From assembly GCA_026129095.1 (NCBI GenBank), contig JAHCIT010000010.1, positions 1-64,000 of the forward strand: 64,000 nucleotides of DNA, in the 5' to 3' direction. Under the pieces are notes generated by a model. The model saw only the letters and a program-made list of their open reading frames with translations, did no database searches and was not told the origin of the DNA. Shown here piece after piece: positions 26,396 through 37,712 of this stretch. How positions within the stretch are numbered: the first letter of the stretch is position 1; every line of letters begins with the position of its first letter. Source of the stretch: Deltaproteobacteria bacterium. Its GTDB lineage: Bacteria > JAGRBM01 > JAHCIT01. Both the position numbers and the translations under genes were made by a program.

Positions 26396-27466
26396 TTACC
26401 TCCCCGTCCTGGGCTTCTTCCGGGCAGGGATTTCCGACCCGGCGGGGAGAGTGTCGGCAACCGGCCAGCGGGAGCGGGCACTGATGGCCAGGCCGTCGGG
26501 TTTTTCTCCCCGTTGGATACGGCCATGGGCGGCACGGGCGATCATTGCCGCATTATCGGTGCAGAAGCTGAGCGGCGGGAAGAAGAACGTCAGCCCCTTT
26601 TTCGTGAGTTTTTCCGCTTCGGCACGCAAACAGGAGTTTGCCGCTACGCCCCCAGCCACCACGATGGCAGGAATGCCGAATGCCTTGGCCGCCCTTTCGC
26701 AGCGGCTGAGCAGCGCTTTGACCACGCTTTGCTGAAGTGAAGCGGCAAAATGGGCAGTACCGGTTTCCGTGAGCGGCTTTTCCCCGCCATGTGTCACATC
26801 CCGGTGTTTGTACAGGAGCGCCGTCTTGAGACCTGAAAACGAGAGGTCATAGGGGCTCCCGGTAATCCGGGGGACGGGCAACGGGAAAACAGAAGCGTCG
26901 CCGCTCCGTGCGGCGAGGTCGATGGCCGGACCTCCCGGATATCCGAGCCCCAGCACCTTGGCACACTTGTCGAATGCTTCACCGGCGGCATCGTCGCGGG
27001 TTGCGCCGATCTGCCGGCACATTCCGGGCGCTTCGATAACGTACAGGCTCGTATGGCCACCCGAGACCAGCAGTGCAATACAGGGAGCAGGAGGCGCACC
27101 GGGGGCGAGTTCAATGGAGGCAAGGTGCCCTTCGAGGTGATTGATTCCGTAAAGCGGAACGTCAGTGGCGAAAGAAAGTCCTTTGGCAAAGTTGAGCCCT
27201 ACATGAAGGCAGCCAGCCAGACCCGGCCCGGCTGTGGCGGCGATGGCGTCGAGGCTGGCCGGATCAAGACCGGTTTCCCGCCGGAGTTTCCCGTAAAGTG
27301 CGGGCAGGATCTCGAGGTGTTTTCTCGCAGCCAGTTCCGGAACAACGCCGCCATACTGTGCATGATCTCGGATCTGGGAATAAACCAGCGATGACACCAC
27401 ATGGCCGTCATTGAGCAGGGCGACCGCTGTTTCGTCGCAGGAAGTTTCGATGCCGAGGATTTTCAA
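26396..27466 (-). CDS. tsaD: tRNA N6-adenosine threonylcarbamoyltransferase
   Basis: ILGIETSCDET, NHLEGH, LLVSGGHT, DDAAGEAFDK and CTDNAAMI motifs. Confidence 0.97.
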   Translation of the reverse strand: MKILGIETSCDETAVALLNDGHVVSSLVYSQIRDHAQYGGVVPELAARKHLEILPALYGKLRRETGLDPASLDAIAATAGPGLAGCLHVGLNFAKGLSFATDVPLYGINHLEGHLASIELAPGAPPAPCIALLVSGGHTSLYVIEAPGMCRQIGATRDDAAGEAFDKCAKVLGLGYPGGPAIDLAARSGDASVFPLPVPRITGSPYDLSFSGLKTALLYKHRDVTHGGEKPLTETGTAHFAASLQQSVVKALLSRCERAAKAFGIPAIVVAGGVAANSCLRAEAEKLTKKGLTFFFPPLSFCTDNAAMIARAAHGRIQRGEKPDGLAISARSRWPVADTLPAGSEIPARKKPRTGR

Positions 27467-27479
27467 GTGACAGTCCGGA

Positions 27480-28295
27480 CTATTTCAGATCAGCCTGGGC
27501 CTTGGCCCGGAATGGCGAATCCGGATAACGCTTGATGAGTTTCTTGAGAAACGCGTTGGCAGTGTCGCGATTACCCTTTTCAGCGAATGATTTTGCCTCG
27601 TAGTAGAGTGCCTCGGCGGCCTCGGGGAAATCGGGATACCGCTTGGTGATGTCGTCGAAGACCAGGATCGCATCGCTGTATGCCTTCTGCCGGTAGTGGA
27701 TATGGCCGAGCAGGAGCAGGGCCTGGGCCCGTTCACGGGGACTCGGGTTGCGGTTGAGAACCGCATCTACACCGCCACGGGCCTTCACCCAATCACCAGC
27801 CTGGATATAGTCCAGAATGACCGGGAAGGCGTCGCTGCCCTCGGGAACAGGAGGGGCAGAGGGGGTCAGGCTGACACCGATGCGGCTGGCGTCTTTCTGT
27901 GCCGGACTTTTCGTGAGGCCGGTTTTTTGTTCCAATGCCGCGATCTGCGCCTGCTTGGCCTTGAGGCGGTCTTCGAGCTGCTGGACCCGGTTTTCAAGCA
28001 CCGAACGTTCCATCATGCCGCTTTCCTGGGTCTGGCGGACCAGTTCGAGCGCCTGGAGCGCTTCATCAAGCGACTTACGAATGCTGTCGATATCCTCACG
28101 GAACTGTCGATCCCGTTCTTCAAGCTGGACAAGACGTTTGTCCACGGTGCCCATGTCAACGCGGTCGTGCTCAAAGCGGAGAAGTTTCTCTTCCAGTTTC
28201 CGGCCCTGGTCAGCTGCGTAGAAGCAGCCTCCCGAGGCCAGCAAAACGAGGGTTGCGAAAAGGGCCCGGTTGCCAGTTCGCCTTCTCTCTGGCAT
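27480..28295 (-). CDS. CpoB/YbgF-like lipoprotein (coiled coil + TPR)
   Basis: Lipobox-like ASGGC, a long coiled coil, and C-terminal TPRs ending LIKRYPDSPFRAKA. Confidence 0.7.
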   Translation of the reverse strand: MPERRRTGNRALFATLVLLASGGCFYAADQGRKLEEKLLRFEHDRVDMGTVDKRLVQLEERDRQFREDIDSIRKSLDEALQALELVRQTQESGMMERSVLENRVQQLEDRLKAKQAQIAALEQKTGLTKSPAQKDASRIGVSLTPSAPPVPEGSDAFPVILDYIQAGDWVKARGGVDAVLNRNPSPRERAQALLLLGHIHYRQKAYSDAILVFDDITKRYPDFPEAAEALYYEAKSFAEKGNRDTANAFLKKLIKRYPDSPFRAKAQADLK

Positions 28296-28347
28296 GAATA
28301 GACCGCCACGGAATTGATAGCTGAAACCCGTGGCGAAGGACCGTTTC

Positions 28348-29700
28348 ATGTTCGATTCCCTGAGTGACCGGCTAACTGGCGCGATCCGCTCTTTGACGGG
28401 CAAGACCCGCCTGTCCGAGAAAAACATCGATGAGGTACTCGGGCAGGTCCGGACAAGCCTGCTGGAGGCTGACGTCAATTTTCACGTCGTTCGTGATCTG
28501 GTCAAGCGGTTGCGGGAAAAATCCCTCGGTACCGAGGTTCCGGCCGGTATCCAGCCGTCGGAAATGTTTCTCAAGCTGGTTTTTGACGAATTGGTGGGGC
28601 TGCTGGGGGGGGGAGACCCGGAACTGAACATCCGGGTTGCACCGCCAGCGATCATCCTGATGGTCGGTCTTCAGGGATCGGGCAAGACGACCTCCACTGG
28701 TAAGCTGGCAAGGCATCTTCGGGACGATCTGGGACGCAAGCCCTATCTGGTCCCGGCCGACGTTTACCGTCCGGCAGCGGTTGAACAGCTCAAGACCCTT
28801 GGCCGCCAGCTCGGAGTACCCGTTCACGACACTCCGGCAACCGGGGCTGACCCGGTGGCCGAAGCGCAGAAGGCCGTCGAGGAGGCACAGCGGCAGGGTT
28901 ATGACACGGTGCTGGTCGATACGGCCGGCCGTCTGCAAATCGATGATGAGCTGATGCAGGAGCTCGACCGGCTTCAGGAAGTCCTGAAGCCTCATGAAAT
29001 CCTGTTCGTCGCCGATGCCATGACGGGGCAGGAAGCAGTAAACGTCGTCAAGGAGTTTCATGACCGCCTGGATCTGGATGGTGTGATTCTCACCAAGATG
29101 GACGGCGATGCCCGTGGCGGAGCGGCGCTCTCCATCAAATCCGTGACTGGCACTCCGGTCAAATTCGTCGGTGTCGGGGAAAAACTCGATGCACTCCAGC
29201 CGTTTCATCCGAACCGCATCGCCCAGCGTATTCTTGGCATGGGTGATCTCCAGACGCTTGCCGAGAAGGCTCAAAGGGCCATTGACCAGCAGGCAGCGCA
29301 ACGGATCGAAAAGAAACTCTTTACCAACGAGTTCAACCTGGATGATTTCCGCGAGGCGATGGTCCAGATGAACCGGATGGGGAGCTTTTCGTCGCTGGTA
29401 GGAATGATTCCGGGCCTGGGCGGCATGTTCAAGCAGGCGAAGCAGCTTCAGGGTGCTGAGGCGGAACTGAAGAAGACCATGGCAATCATCAACTCCATGA
29501 CGATCCAGGAACGGAATGACCATACGATCATCAACGGGAACCGGCGCAAGCGTATTGCCGCCGGGAGCGGGACGAACGTCAACGAGGTGAACAAGCTTCT
29601 CAAGAACTTTGTTCAAATGAAAAAGATGATGAAGCAGTTCAGCAAGATGGGACCGGCCGACATGATGCGCATGATGCGCCAGGGACCGGGCGGGATGTGA
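28348..29700 (+). CDS. ffh: Signal recognition particle protein
   Basis: MFDSLSDRL, GLQGSGKTT, DTAGR, TKMDGDARGG and a Met-rich M domain. Confidence 0.97.
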   Translation: MFDSLSDRLTGAIRSLTGKTRLSEKNIDEVLGQVRTSLLEADVNFHVVRDLVKRLREKSLGTEVPAGIQPSEMFLKLVFDELVGLLGGGDPELNIRVAPPAIILMVGLQGSGKTTSTGKLARHLRDDLGRKPYLVPADVYRPAAVEQLKTLGRQLGVPVHDTPATGADPVAEAQKAVEEAQRQGYDTVLVDTAGRLQIDDELMQELDRLQEVLKPHEILFVADAMTGQEAVNVVKEFHDRLDLDGVILTKMDGDARGGAALSIKSVTGTPVKFVGVGEKLDALQPFHPNRIAQRILGMGDLQTLAEKAQRAIDQQAAQRIEKKLFTNEFNLDDFREAMVQMNRMGSFSSLVGMIPGLGGMFKQAKQLQGAEAELKKTMAIINSMTIQERNDHTIINGNRRKRIAAGSGTNVNEVNKLLKNFVQMKKMMKQFSKMGPADMMRMMRQGPGGM

Positions 29701-29711
29701 CTCCGGCGTCC

Positions 29712-32189
29712 CTAATGGACGACTTCCTCTTCTTCGCCGTCTTTCGCTGGGGTCTCGACGGGCGCAGCCTCTGGGACCGAATCGGAACCCTTGATGAACG
29801 GCTTGGGTTGCTCCACGAAGGCATGGGTCAGCACCTCATCCATCGTCTCTACGGGGATAATCTCGAGGGCTTTCAGGATAGGCTTCGGTATTTCGCCAAG
29901 ATCCTTCTCGTTTTCCTTCGGAATCAGCACGGTCTTGAGGCCTCCGCGGTGAGCAGCAAGGATTTTCTCCTTGAGGCCGCCGATGGGAAGAACCCGGCCC
30001 CGCAGGGTGATTTCCCCGGTCATGGCGATGTCAGCCCGTACCGGAATCCGCGAAAAGGCCGAGGCCAGGGAAGTTGCCAGCGCGATGCCAGCCGATGGGC
30101 CATCCTTGGGTGTGGCGCCTTCAGGCACGTGGACGTGAGTATCGGTCTTGGCGATCTCTTCGTCAGTGACACCGAGCCAAGCTGACCGGCTTTTTACAAA
30201 CGACAGCGCCGCCTGCGCCGATTCCTGCATCACCTCGCCCAGCTTGCCGGTGATGGTGATCTTGCCCTTCCCGGGCACGGTGGAAACCTCGATCTGCAGG
30301 AGTTCGCCGCCGACCTCAGTCCAGGCAAGTCCCGTTGTCAGGCCAATCTGGTTTTCCAGCTCGGCGCGGCCATAGCGGAACTTCCGAACCCCAAGGAACT
30401 TTTCCACCTGGGCCGGCGTCACCTTCACCTTGTCCAGGGCAGGATCTTCGACGAGCTTCCGGGCCACTTTCCGGCAGATGGAGCCAATTTCCCGTTCCAG
30501 GCTCCGGACACCCGCCTCGCGTGTGTAGTAACGGATGATCTCGGCTATGGCCGCCTGCGAGAACTCCACGCGGTCGGCGGCGAGCCCGTTCGCTTCAAGC
30601 TGCTTGCTGAGAAGATGTGAACGGGCAATTTCGAGTTTTTCCTGCTCGGTATAGCCGGGGATGCGGATCACTTCCATGCGGTCCAGCAGCGGCGGCGGAA
30701 TCGACTGGAGTGAGTTGGCCGTGGCGATGAACAGCACGTTGGAGAGATCGTAATCGAGATCAAGATAGTGGTCGTTGAAGGTATTGTTCTGCTCAGGGTC
30801 GAGCACTTCGAGCATGGCCGATGCCGGATCGCCACGGAAATCTGATGACATCTTCTCTATCTCGTCCAGCAGGAACACGGGGTTCGATGCTCCGGCCTTC
30901 TTGATGGACTGGACGATCTTGCCCGGCATGGCGCCGATGTAGGTCCGGCGATGCCCCCGGATCTCTGCCTCGTCGCGTACGCCGCCCAGGCTGATGCGGA
31001 CGAACTTGCGGTTCATGGACCGGGCGATGGACCGGCCAAGCGAGGTCTTGCCGACACCCGGTGGGCCCACGAGGCACAGGATCGGCCCGCGGATCTTCTT
31101 CACAAGCTGAAGTACGGCGAGGTACTCCAGTATCCGGTCCTTCACCTTCTCGAGGCCGTAATGGTCCTCGTCGAGGATACGCGCCGCTTCCTTGAGGTCA
31201 ATCTTGTCTTCAGTCGTTTCCTTCCAGGGAAGCGAGAGAATCCAGTCAATATAGGAACGGACAACGGTCGCCTCGGCAGACATGGGCGACATCATCTTGA
31301 GCTTTTTCAGCTCCTTGGTGGCTTTCTTGAAAGCCTCCTCGGAAAGGAACGGTTCCTTGGCCTTGATCTTCTCGTCCAGTTCAGCGAACTCGTTCTTGAA
31401 CTCGTCGCGGTCGCCCAGTTCTTTCTGGATCGCCCGCATCTGCTCATTCAGGTAGTAGTCGCGCTGCGAGCGTTCCATCGACTTCTTGACGTTGGACTTG
31501 ATCTTGCGTTCCAGCTGGACGATCTCGACCTCGCTCGTCATCAGTTCGAGAATCTTCTGGAGACGGACCGATGGATCGATCAGTTCCAGCAGTCCCTGCC
31601 GGTCGGGCAGCTTGATCTGAAGATGCTGGACTACGGTATCGGCAAGCCGTGCCGGCTCATCGATCTGGCTCACCTGGAGCACGGTCTCGGCCTGCACGCG
31701 CTTGGAAATCTTCACGTAGGTCTCGAACGTGCTCACGACGCTGCGGCACAGGGCGCGCAGTTCGTTTTCCGGCATGGCGGGGATCTCGTCGAGCGGTTCA
31801 GCCTGCACCTCGAAAAACCGGGGATTTTCCAGGAAACGGCTTATCCGGATGCGGCGGCGGCCCTCGACGAGAACCTTCACGGTGCGGTCCGGCGTACGAA
31901 GGAGCTGGAGTACGTGGGAGAGCGTGCCGATACTGTGAATGTCCTCCGGTGAGGGATCGTTGGTCTTGGCCACGCGCTGGGCGGCCATGACGATCATCCG
32001 GTCGCCTTTCATGGCTTCCTCAAGTGCGGCTATGGATTTTTCCCGGCCGACATAAAGCGGAATGACCGAATAGGGGAAGACTATGATGTCGCGTAGCGGC
32101 AGTAACGGCCATTTCTGGCCGCCCTCGGAGCCGTCCTTCGATGGATCGTCCTTCTTCTTGCCGTCAGCGGAATCGGTCTTGAAAAACAT
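29712..32189 (-). CDS. lon: ATP-dependent Lon protease (paralog 1)
   Basis: [33 protein letters not shown] and GGLKEK motifs. Confidence 0.97.
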   Translation of the reverse strand: MFFKTDSADGKKKDDPSKDGSEGGQKWPLLPLRDIIVFPYSVIPLYVGREKSIAALEEAMKGDRMIVMAAQRVAKTNDPSPEDIHSIGTLSHVLQLLRTPDRTVKVLVEGRRRIRISRFLENPRFFEVQAEPLDEIPAMPENELRALCRSVVSTFETYVKISKRVQAETVLQVSQIDEPARLADTVVQHLQIKLPDRQGLLELIDPSVRLQKILELMTSEVEIVQLERKIKSNVKKSMERSQRDYYLNEQMRAIQKELGDRDEFKNEFAELDEKIKAKEPFLSEEAFKKATKELKKLKMMSPMSAEATVVRSYIDWILSLPWKETTEDKIDLKEAARILDEDHYGLEKVKDRILEYLAVLQLVKKIRGPILCLVGPPGVGKTSLGRSIARSMNRKFVRISLGGVRDEAEIRGHRRTYIGAMPGKIVQSIKKAGASNPVFLLDEIEKMSSDFRGDPASAMLEVLDPEQNNTFNDHYLDLDYDLSNVLFIATANSLQSIPPPLLDRMEVIRIPGYTEQEKLEIARSHLLSKQLEANGLAADRVEFSQAAIAEIIRYYTREAGVRSLEREIGSICRKVARKLVEDPALDKVKVTPAQVEKFLGVRKFRYGRAELENQIGLTTGLAWTEVGGELLQIEVSTVPGKGKITITGKLGEVMQESAQAALSFVKSRSAWLGVTDEEIAKTDTHVHVPEGATPKDGPSAGIALATSLASAFSRIPVRADIAMTGEITLRGRVLPIGGLKEKILAAHRGGLKTVLIPKENEKDLGEIPKPILKALEIIPVETMDEVLTHAFVEQPKPFIKGSDSVPEAAPVETPAKDGEEEEVVH

Positions 32190-32257
32190 GCGTCGTCACC
32201 TGTCTGCCGCCCCGGAGCCCTCAGGCAGACGCCGGGAACATCGTAAAGGATATCGCC

Positions 32258-33511
32258 TCAGGCCGTTTCCTTCTGGAGCACGACGAGGGGGTCTTCCTTT
32301 TTCAGCACCACGTCCTCGCTGATGAGGACTTCACGGATGTCCTTGCGGGAGGGGATTTCGTACATGATATCGAGCATCACGTTCTCGAGGATTGCACGAA
32401 GGCCGCGGGCACCCGACTTCTTCCGGATGGCGTCTTCGGCGACGGCGCTCAGGGCGCCATCGGTGAACTTGAGCTTGACGCCTTCCATCTCAAACAGTTT
32501 TTTGTACTGCTTGACGATGGCGTTGCGGGGCTTGGTAAGGATGTCCACCAGCGCAGCGGGGTCGAGTTCGTGCAGGGTGGCCACGATGGGCAGCCGTCCT
32601 ATGAACTCGGGGATCATGCCGAACTTGAGCAGGTCTTCGGTTTCCACCTGCTGAAGGGTTTGTCCGAGGTCACGCCGTTCCTTGCGGCTGCGGACGTCGC
32701 TGGCAAACCCGATGCCCTTGTTGGCGACCCGTTTTTCTATAATGTCATCGAGGCCGTGGAACGCGCCGCCACAGATGAACAGGATATTCGTCGTGTTGAT
32801 CTGGAGGAAATCCTGCTGGGGGTGCTTGCGGCCGCCTTTGGGCGGAACGTTGGCGAGCGTGCCTTCGAGAATCTTGAGGAGGGCCTGTTGTACGCCTTCG
32901 CCCGAAACGTCACGGGTAATAGACGGGTTTTCACCCTTGCGTGCAATCTTGTCGATCTCGTCGATATAGACGATCCCCCGGATCGTGCGCTCCACGTCCT
33001 GCCCGGCGTTGTTGTACAGGTTGAGGATGATGTTTTCGACATCCTCGCCGACGTAGCCCGCCTCGGTGAGCGTCGTTGCATCGGCCGTGGCGAATGGCAC
33101 GTCAATGATCCGTGCAAGCGTCTGGGCAAGCAGCGTCTTGCCGCTGCCGGTAGGGCCAATCAGGAGGATATTCGACTTCTGGAGTTCGACGTCGCCGGCA
33201 CCCACCTTGGAATAGATGCGCTTGTAGTGGTTGTGGACGGCGACCGACAGGATCTTCTTGGCACGTTCCTGTCCGATCACATAGTCGTCCAGAACCCGCT
33301 TGATTTCGCTGGGGAGCGGAAGCTGCTTCTTCTTCAGCCGTCCCGCACGTTCATTCTCGGTTTCCTCGGCGATGATGTCGTTGCAGAGCTCGATGCACTC
33401 GTCACAGATGTAGACGTTAGGACCGGCGATGAGTTTCTTCACTTCACGCTGGCTCTTGCCGCAGAAGCTGCAGGTGAGGTTTTCGCCTTTCTTGTCGGTC
33501 TCTTTATTCAC
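32258..33511 (-). CDS. clpX: ATP-dependent Clp protease ATP-binding subunit
   Basis: CSFCGK zinc finger, GPTGSGKT and IGF loop. Confidence 0.98.
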   Translation of the reverse strand: MNKETDKKGENLTCSFCGKSQREVKKLIAGPNVYICDECIELCNDIIAEETENERAGRLKKKQLPLPSEIKRVLDDYVIGQERAKKILSVAVHNHYKRIYSKVGAGDVELQKSNILLIGPTGSGKTLLAQTLARIIDVPFATADATTLTEAGYVGEDVENIILNLYNNAGQDVERTIRGIVYIDEIDKIARKGENPSITRDVSGEGVQQALLKILEGTLANVPPKGGRKHPQQDFLQINTTNILFICGGAFHGLDDIIEKRVANKGIGFASDVRSRKERRDLGQTLQQVETEDLLKFGMIPEFIGRLPIVATLHELDPAALVDILTKPRNAIVKQYKKLFEMEGVKLKFTDGALSAVAEDAIRKKSGARGLRAILENVMLDIMYEIPSRKDIREVLISEDVVLKKEDPLVVLQKETA

Positions 33512-33529
33512 GTCATCTCCATGGGTTTC

Positions 33530-34150
33530 TCAGGACTTGCGGTCGCCATTGCCGCCCGCCACAGGCGCAGGACGGCGGTCCCATACCTGATCAATGATAC
33601 CATATTGAACGGCTTCTGACGCGGAGAGGAAATAGTCCCGGTCGGTGTCCCGTTCCACCTGTTCAATAGGTTTACCGCTGTGGCTGGACAGGATTTCGTT
33701 CAGCTCCTGCTTCATCCGGAGGATTTCCCTTGCCTGGATATGAATGTCGCTCGCCTGCCCCTGAAAACCACCCATCGGCTGGTGAATCATGATTCTGGAG
33801 TGTTTTAGTGCAATACGCTTTCCCTTGGCGCCGGCAGCCAGGAGCACTGCGCCCATGCTGGCAGCCTGTCCGACGCAGATCGTCATGACGTCCGGCCGGA
33901 TGTATTGCATCGTGTCGTAGATGGCGAGCCCGCTCGTCACGTGTCCGCCAGGTGAATTTATATAAAGGTAGATGTCCCGTTCGGGGTCTTCGCTCTCCAG
34001 AAAGAGGAGCTGGGCGATGATCAGGTTCGCCACGATGTCGTCAATAGGCGTCCCGAGGACGACAATCCGGTCTTTCAGCAGCCGGGAGTAGATATCGTAT
34101 CCGCGTTCGCCGCGGTTCGTCTGTTCAACGACGATGGGTATAAAACTCAT
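33530..34150 (-). CDS. clpP: ATP-dependent Clp protease proteolytic subunit
   Basis: [24 protein letters not shown] and MIHQP motifs. Confidence 0.98.
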   Translation of the reverse strand: MSFIPIVVEQTNRGERGYDIYSRLLKDRIVVLGTPIDDIVANLIIAQLLFLESEDPERDIYLYINSPGGHVTSGLAIYDTMQYIRPDVMTICVGQAASMGAVLLAAGAKGKRIALKHSRIMIHQPMGGFQGQASDIHIQAREILRMKQELNEILSSHSGKPIEQVERDTDRDYFLSASEAVQYGIIDQVWDRRPAPVAGGNGDRKS

Positions 34151-34311
34151 AATTCGCGCTGGTCATCCTGCTGGGGACACGCGGCAATCATACCCCCCGC
34201 ATGCCCGAAAGCAAGGTGCGGAAGAGGCCATTCATGCCCCTTATTGTCCTTGTAGCGACTCAAATCACCATGACGAGTATCATTGATGGACATCTACTTA
34301 TTGAGATGTGA

Positions 34312-35529
34312 TCACATGAGCCGCCGCAGCGACCAGGCAAAGCGGCCAAGCAGACGTTTCCACCATGGCCACTGTTCATATTCCTCTGGGGTGAGCTGAT
34401 CCGAATCGCGGAGATCCTGTTCAAACTGCAGGGCGAACTGTTCTGCTACACCCGTGTCGAACACCATCGCCTGAAGTTCCTGGTTGTGAAGGAAGCTCCT
34501 GTGGTCGAGGTTTGTCGAACCGCAAATCACCAGTCCCTGGTCGATTACGGCGGTCTTGGCGTGCAGGATCCGGCCCAGGTATTCGTAAATCTCCACACCC
34601 GCCCGGAGCAGTTCGGCATAGATTCCCCACGAGGCGAAACGGGTCATCGGCACGTCGGAAACTCCGGGAATGATAAGCCGCACCCGGATTCCGCGGCGGG
34701 CGGCACTGATGATCGCCTCCCGGATTTTCCGGTCGGGAACGAAGTAGCTGTTGGTAATCAGAAGCCGCTCACGGGCTGCCTTGAATGCGAAGATATATGA
34801 CCGGCGGAGCGCAGCCCGTTCGCGGCGGAGCGTTTCAGTGGTAATCAGCACCTTGCTTCGTCCGCTTTCGGCAGGCACTGGCGGGCTGATGGGGTTGATC
34901 CGCTCGCCCGTCTGCTCGAACCAGCATTTGAAGAAGGAGAGCGTAAGCTGATGTACCGCTGGCCCCTCAATCCTGAGGTGCGTGTCGCGGAATGCCGGAC
35001 GTCCCGGTGCGTCCATGTATTCGTCGCCGATGTTGCAGCCGCCGGTAAAGCCGATGCGGTTGTCTGCCACGAGGATTTTCCGGTGGTTGCGGGCGTTCAG
35101 TTTACGGAACGACTGGAGCAGAGTTACCGGATGAAATGGCAGTACATGTGCACCCACTGTGACGAGCCCGTCCAGAAGCTCGCGCGCCTCGTTAGATCCA
35201 AAATCATCGTAAATGACGAACACCTCGACGCCCCGGAGGGCCGCTTCGCGGAGTGCATCCGCGAAGGCCCGCCCGGTGGCATCGTTCCGGTGAATATAGG
35301 TTTCATACAGGATCCGGCGGCGGGCGGCGCGCACCGTTTCGATCATTGCCGGAATGGCCCGCGTGCCATCCACCAGCATTTCGACATGGTTGCCACCGGC
35401 AATCCGGTAGTCTGACAGTGACTGGAGGTAGAGGATTCCCTCAGGCGACAGCCCGCGGGCCCATCGCCGGAACTCCGTTCGGAGCCGGGTGGCGATGGCG
35501 TGGCCTCGGCTGGGCTGGCGACGAGACAT
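34312..35529 (-). CDS. cls: Cardiolipin synthase (ClsB-like, two HKD motifs)
   Basis: RNHRKILVAD...GGCNI and LHAKTAVID...GSTNLD motifs. Confidence 0.88.
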   Translation of the reverse strand: MSRRQPSRGHAIATRLRTEFRRWARGLSPEGILYLQSLSDYRIAGGNHVEMLVDGTRAIPAMIETVRAARRRILYETYIHRNDATGRAFADALREAALRGVEVFVIYDDFGSNEARELLDGLVTVGAHVLPFHPVTLLQSFRKLNARNHRKILVADNRIGFTGGCNIGDEYMDAPGRPAFRDTHLRIEGPAVHQLTLSFFKCWFEQTGERINPISPPVPAESGRSKVLITTETLRRERAALRRSYIFAFKAARERLLITNSYFVPDRKIREAIISAARRGIRVRLIIPGVSDVPMTRFASWGIYAELLRAGVEIYEYLGRILHAKTAVIDQGLVICGSTNLDHRSFLHNQELQAMVFDTGVAEQFALQFEQDLRDSDQLTPEEYEQWPWWKRLLGRFAWSLRRLM

Positions 35530-35600
35530 GATGGCTACAGCGTTGCCAGCCAGAGGGACTGTTGTCTACGCCTTACCGGAAAGATTATCAGGAAAGGTAC

Positions 35601-37712
35601 ATGAGTATTTCCTGTCACCAGACAAGGCATCTTTTCGCCGTCGCTGCAGCGATCCTGATGCTGGCCACAGTTCCTGCCCGGCCCGAAGAACCCCAGGCAG
35701 ATGTAGCGGAGCTGCCGCCCGATGAGGCACAGCTCTTCCGGGAGGCTGATGATGCGATTCGCCGGGGGGATCATGAATGGGCACTCGAACACCTGCAGAA
35801 GTTCATTCAGAGCCATCCGGCCTCGGCGGCTGCACCCCGGGCCCATTTGGAGCGGGGAATCATCCTCGAACACCAGGAACGGTATGAACTGTCGGCTGCT
35901 GCCTACGAACAGGCGGTAAGGATGGCGGGCGAGGCTTCCCGTTCAGTAGAGGCTCGCCTGAACCTGTCGGGCGTTTACCGGCGGCTTGGGCGCTTCGGCG
36001 ATATCCCCGGTATTCTGGAACCAATCGAGTGGATCGACCTGGATCCGGAACAGCGGATGACGCTTTACCGGCGGCGGGCAGCTGCTTACGAGGCGCTGGG
36101 GCAGGAAGACGAGGCGCGGCTCGACCGGCTTCGGCTCTGGCAGGTCCTGGTTCCGGGAACCGAGCGTACTGCTCTTGAGCTGCTGCTGATCGATGACATC
36201 AGGCGCATCGAAGACGAAAAGGCGGCCGAAGAGAAGCTTCGTGCTCCGAATCTCCCGCCATTTTATGAATCGGCGCTGCTGGAGCGGCTGCTGGAACTCC
36301 GGATCCAGTCGAAGAACCTTGCGGGCAGTCTCGATGTGATCGACCGGTATCTGCTCCGGTTTCCGAAGGACAAGCGCGCACGGCTCATGGAAACCCGCCG
36401 CCGCGACCTGATGCAGGCGAGCGAGGTGGATACCCGGGCGGTGGGCGTTTTGCTGCCAGTGTCTGCCCGCGGGGCGCTTGGCTACTTTGCCGAGCGTGCC
36501 CGGAAAGCCATTGATGCTGCTGTTGCCCGCACTTCCCGCAAGACAGGTGCAGACACGATTCGCATCATTGTAAGAGATACAGGTGGACGGGCCGAACAGG
36601 CAGTCGCGGCCCTGAACGATCTGGTCAGCACCGAAAAGGTGGTCGCCGTGGTGGGACCGGTCGGCGGCTCGGAGGTCAGGGCGGTTGCCCAGCGGGCTGC
36701 CGAACTGGGGATCCCTGTTTTCGCGTTGTCACCAGCCGACGACCTTCCCGGTGCGGGAAGTTTCGTTTTCCGGATGATTCCAACTGCAAATGAACAGGTG
36801 TCAGCCATCGTTGCCCATGCGCGCGGCAGCCTGGGGCTGAAGAATTTCGCGGCTCTGTATCCCGATACACCGCTGGGCCAGGCGTTGTTCAGCCATTATG
36901 TCGATGAGGTGGAACGGTTTGGTGGCCGCCTCACCGGGGCTGAAAAGTACGACACGCGGGCCGCCGACTTTAAGGCACCGCTTTACCGGCTTGCCGGACT
37001 CCAGTGGGCCGACGCCCGGCGTTATGAGGCGCAGCGCAACAAGTCCCTGAAGGGATGGACCCCGTATTCGCCCAGAAAAATGGACGAGATCGAACGTCAC
37101 TGGCTGAAGGTAAGCGGCCGTGAGGACATGAAGCTGAAACCCCGTCCGGAATTGCCGCCTGTTGTGGACTACGACGCGCTGTTTATCGCTGGCATGGCCC
37201 AGCGGGTGGGTCTTATCCTCCCACAGATTACCTTCCGTGATGTGCGTGGCGCACAGCTTTACGGATTTTCCGAATGGAACGACCCAGAACTGTTCCTCCG
37301 GGCTGGTGGACAGGCAGATGGCGCGATTATCGTGGATGGATTCCACCCGGCACTGGAGCATCCGGATGCTGCCGCGTTTATCAGGGCGTTTACGCCTCTG
37401 GATCCGCCAGTGAAACCGTCGTCCGGAGCAGGCGGAACGCCAGCCGGCCCGCCGTCAGCCGCTTCTCCGGCACCTGATGACCGGCCGCCAGGGATGTTCG
37501 AGGCTCGCGCCTATGACGCCATCGGTCTTATCGTCGATGCATCCAGCCAGCTCGGTATTCCTTCGCGTACGGGCTTGGCCTTGCGTCTGCTCTCCCCCGG
37601 TGGGTACTCTGCTCTTGGCGGCCGGATCCGGTTTTACCCGGATGGCCGGGCCGACCTGCCGCTGGTCCTGCTTGAGGCCCGCGGCCGGGAGTTCGTCCTG
37701 CTTGCCCGCTAG
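35601..37712 (+). CDS. LpoA-like protein (TPR + periplasmic binding protein fold)
   Basis: Signal peptide, N-terminal TPRs, then VGVLLPVS...RDTGG...AVVGPV...YDALFI...AYDA. Confidence 0.75.
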   Translation: MSISCHQTRHLFAVAAAILMLATVPARPEEPQADVAELPPDEAQLFREADDAIRRGDHEWALEHLQKFIQSHPASAAAPRAHLERGIILEHQERYELSAAAYEQAVRMAGEASRSVEARLNLSGVYRRLGRFGDIPGILEPIEWIDLDPEQRMTLYRRRAAAYEALGQEDEARLDRLRLWQVLVPGTERTALELLLIDDIRRIEDEKAAEEKLRAPNLPPFYESALLERLLELRIQSKNLAGSLDVIDRYLLRFPKDKRARLMETRRRDLMQASEVDTRAVGVLLPVSARGALGYFAERARKAIDAAVARTSRKTGADTIRIIVRDTGGRAEQAVAALNDLVSTEKVVAVVGPVGGSEVRAVAQRAAELGIPVFALSPADDLPGAGSFVFRMIPTANEQVSAIVAHARGSLGLKNFAALYPDTPLGQALFSHYVDEVERFGGRLTGAEKYDTRAADFKAPLYRLAGLQWADARRYEAQRNKSLKGWTPYSPRKMDEIERHWLKVSGREDMKLKPRPELPPVVDYDALFIAGMAQRVGLILPQITFRDVRGAQLYGFSEWNDPELFLRAGGQADGAIIVDGFHPALEHPDAAAFIRAFTPLDPPVKPSSGAGGTPAGPPSAASPAPDDRPPGMFEARAYDAIGLIVDASSQLGIPSRTGLALRLLSPGGYSALGGRIRFYPDGRADLPLVLLEARGREFVLLAR

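Noticed and set aside
28372..33619. Long antisense ORFs (e.g. 28372-29616, 30951-31952, 32570-33619; also 7448-8479 and 60057-61193)
   Set aside because: Shadow ORFs opposite well-conserved genes, expected in high-GC DNA.
34151..34311. CIRCE or CtsR heat-shock operator upstream of clpP
   Set aside because: No TTAGCACTC-N9-GAGTGCTAA and no GGTCAAA tandem repeat was seen.
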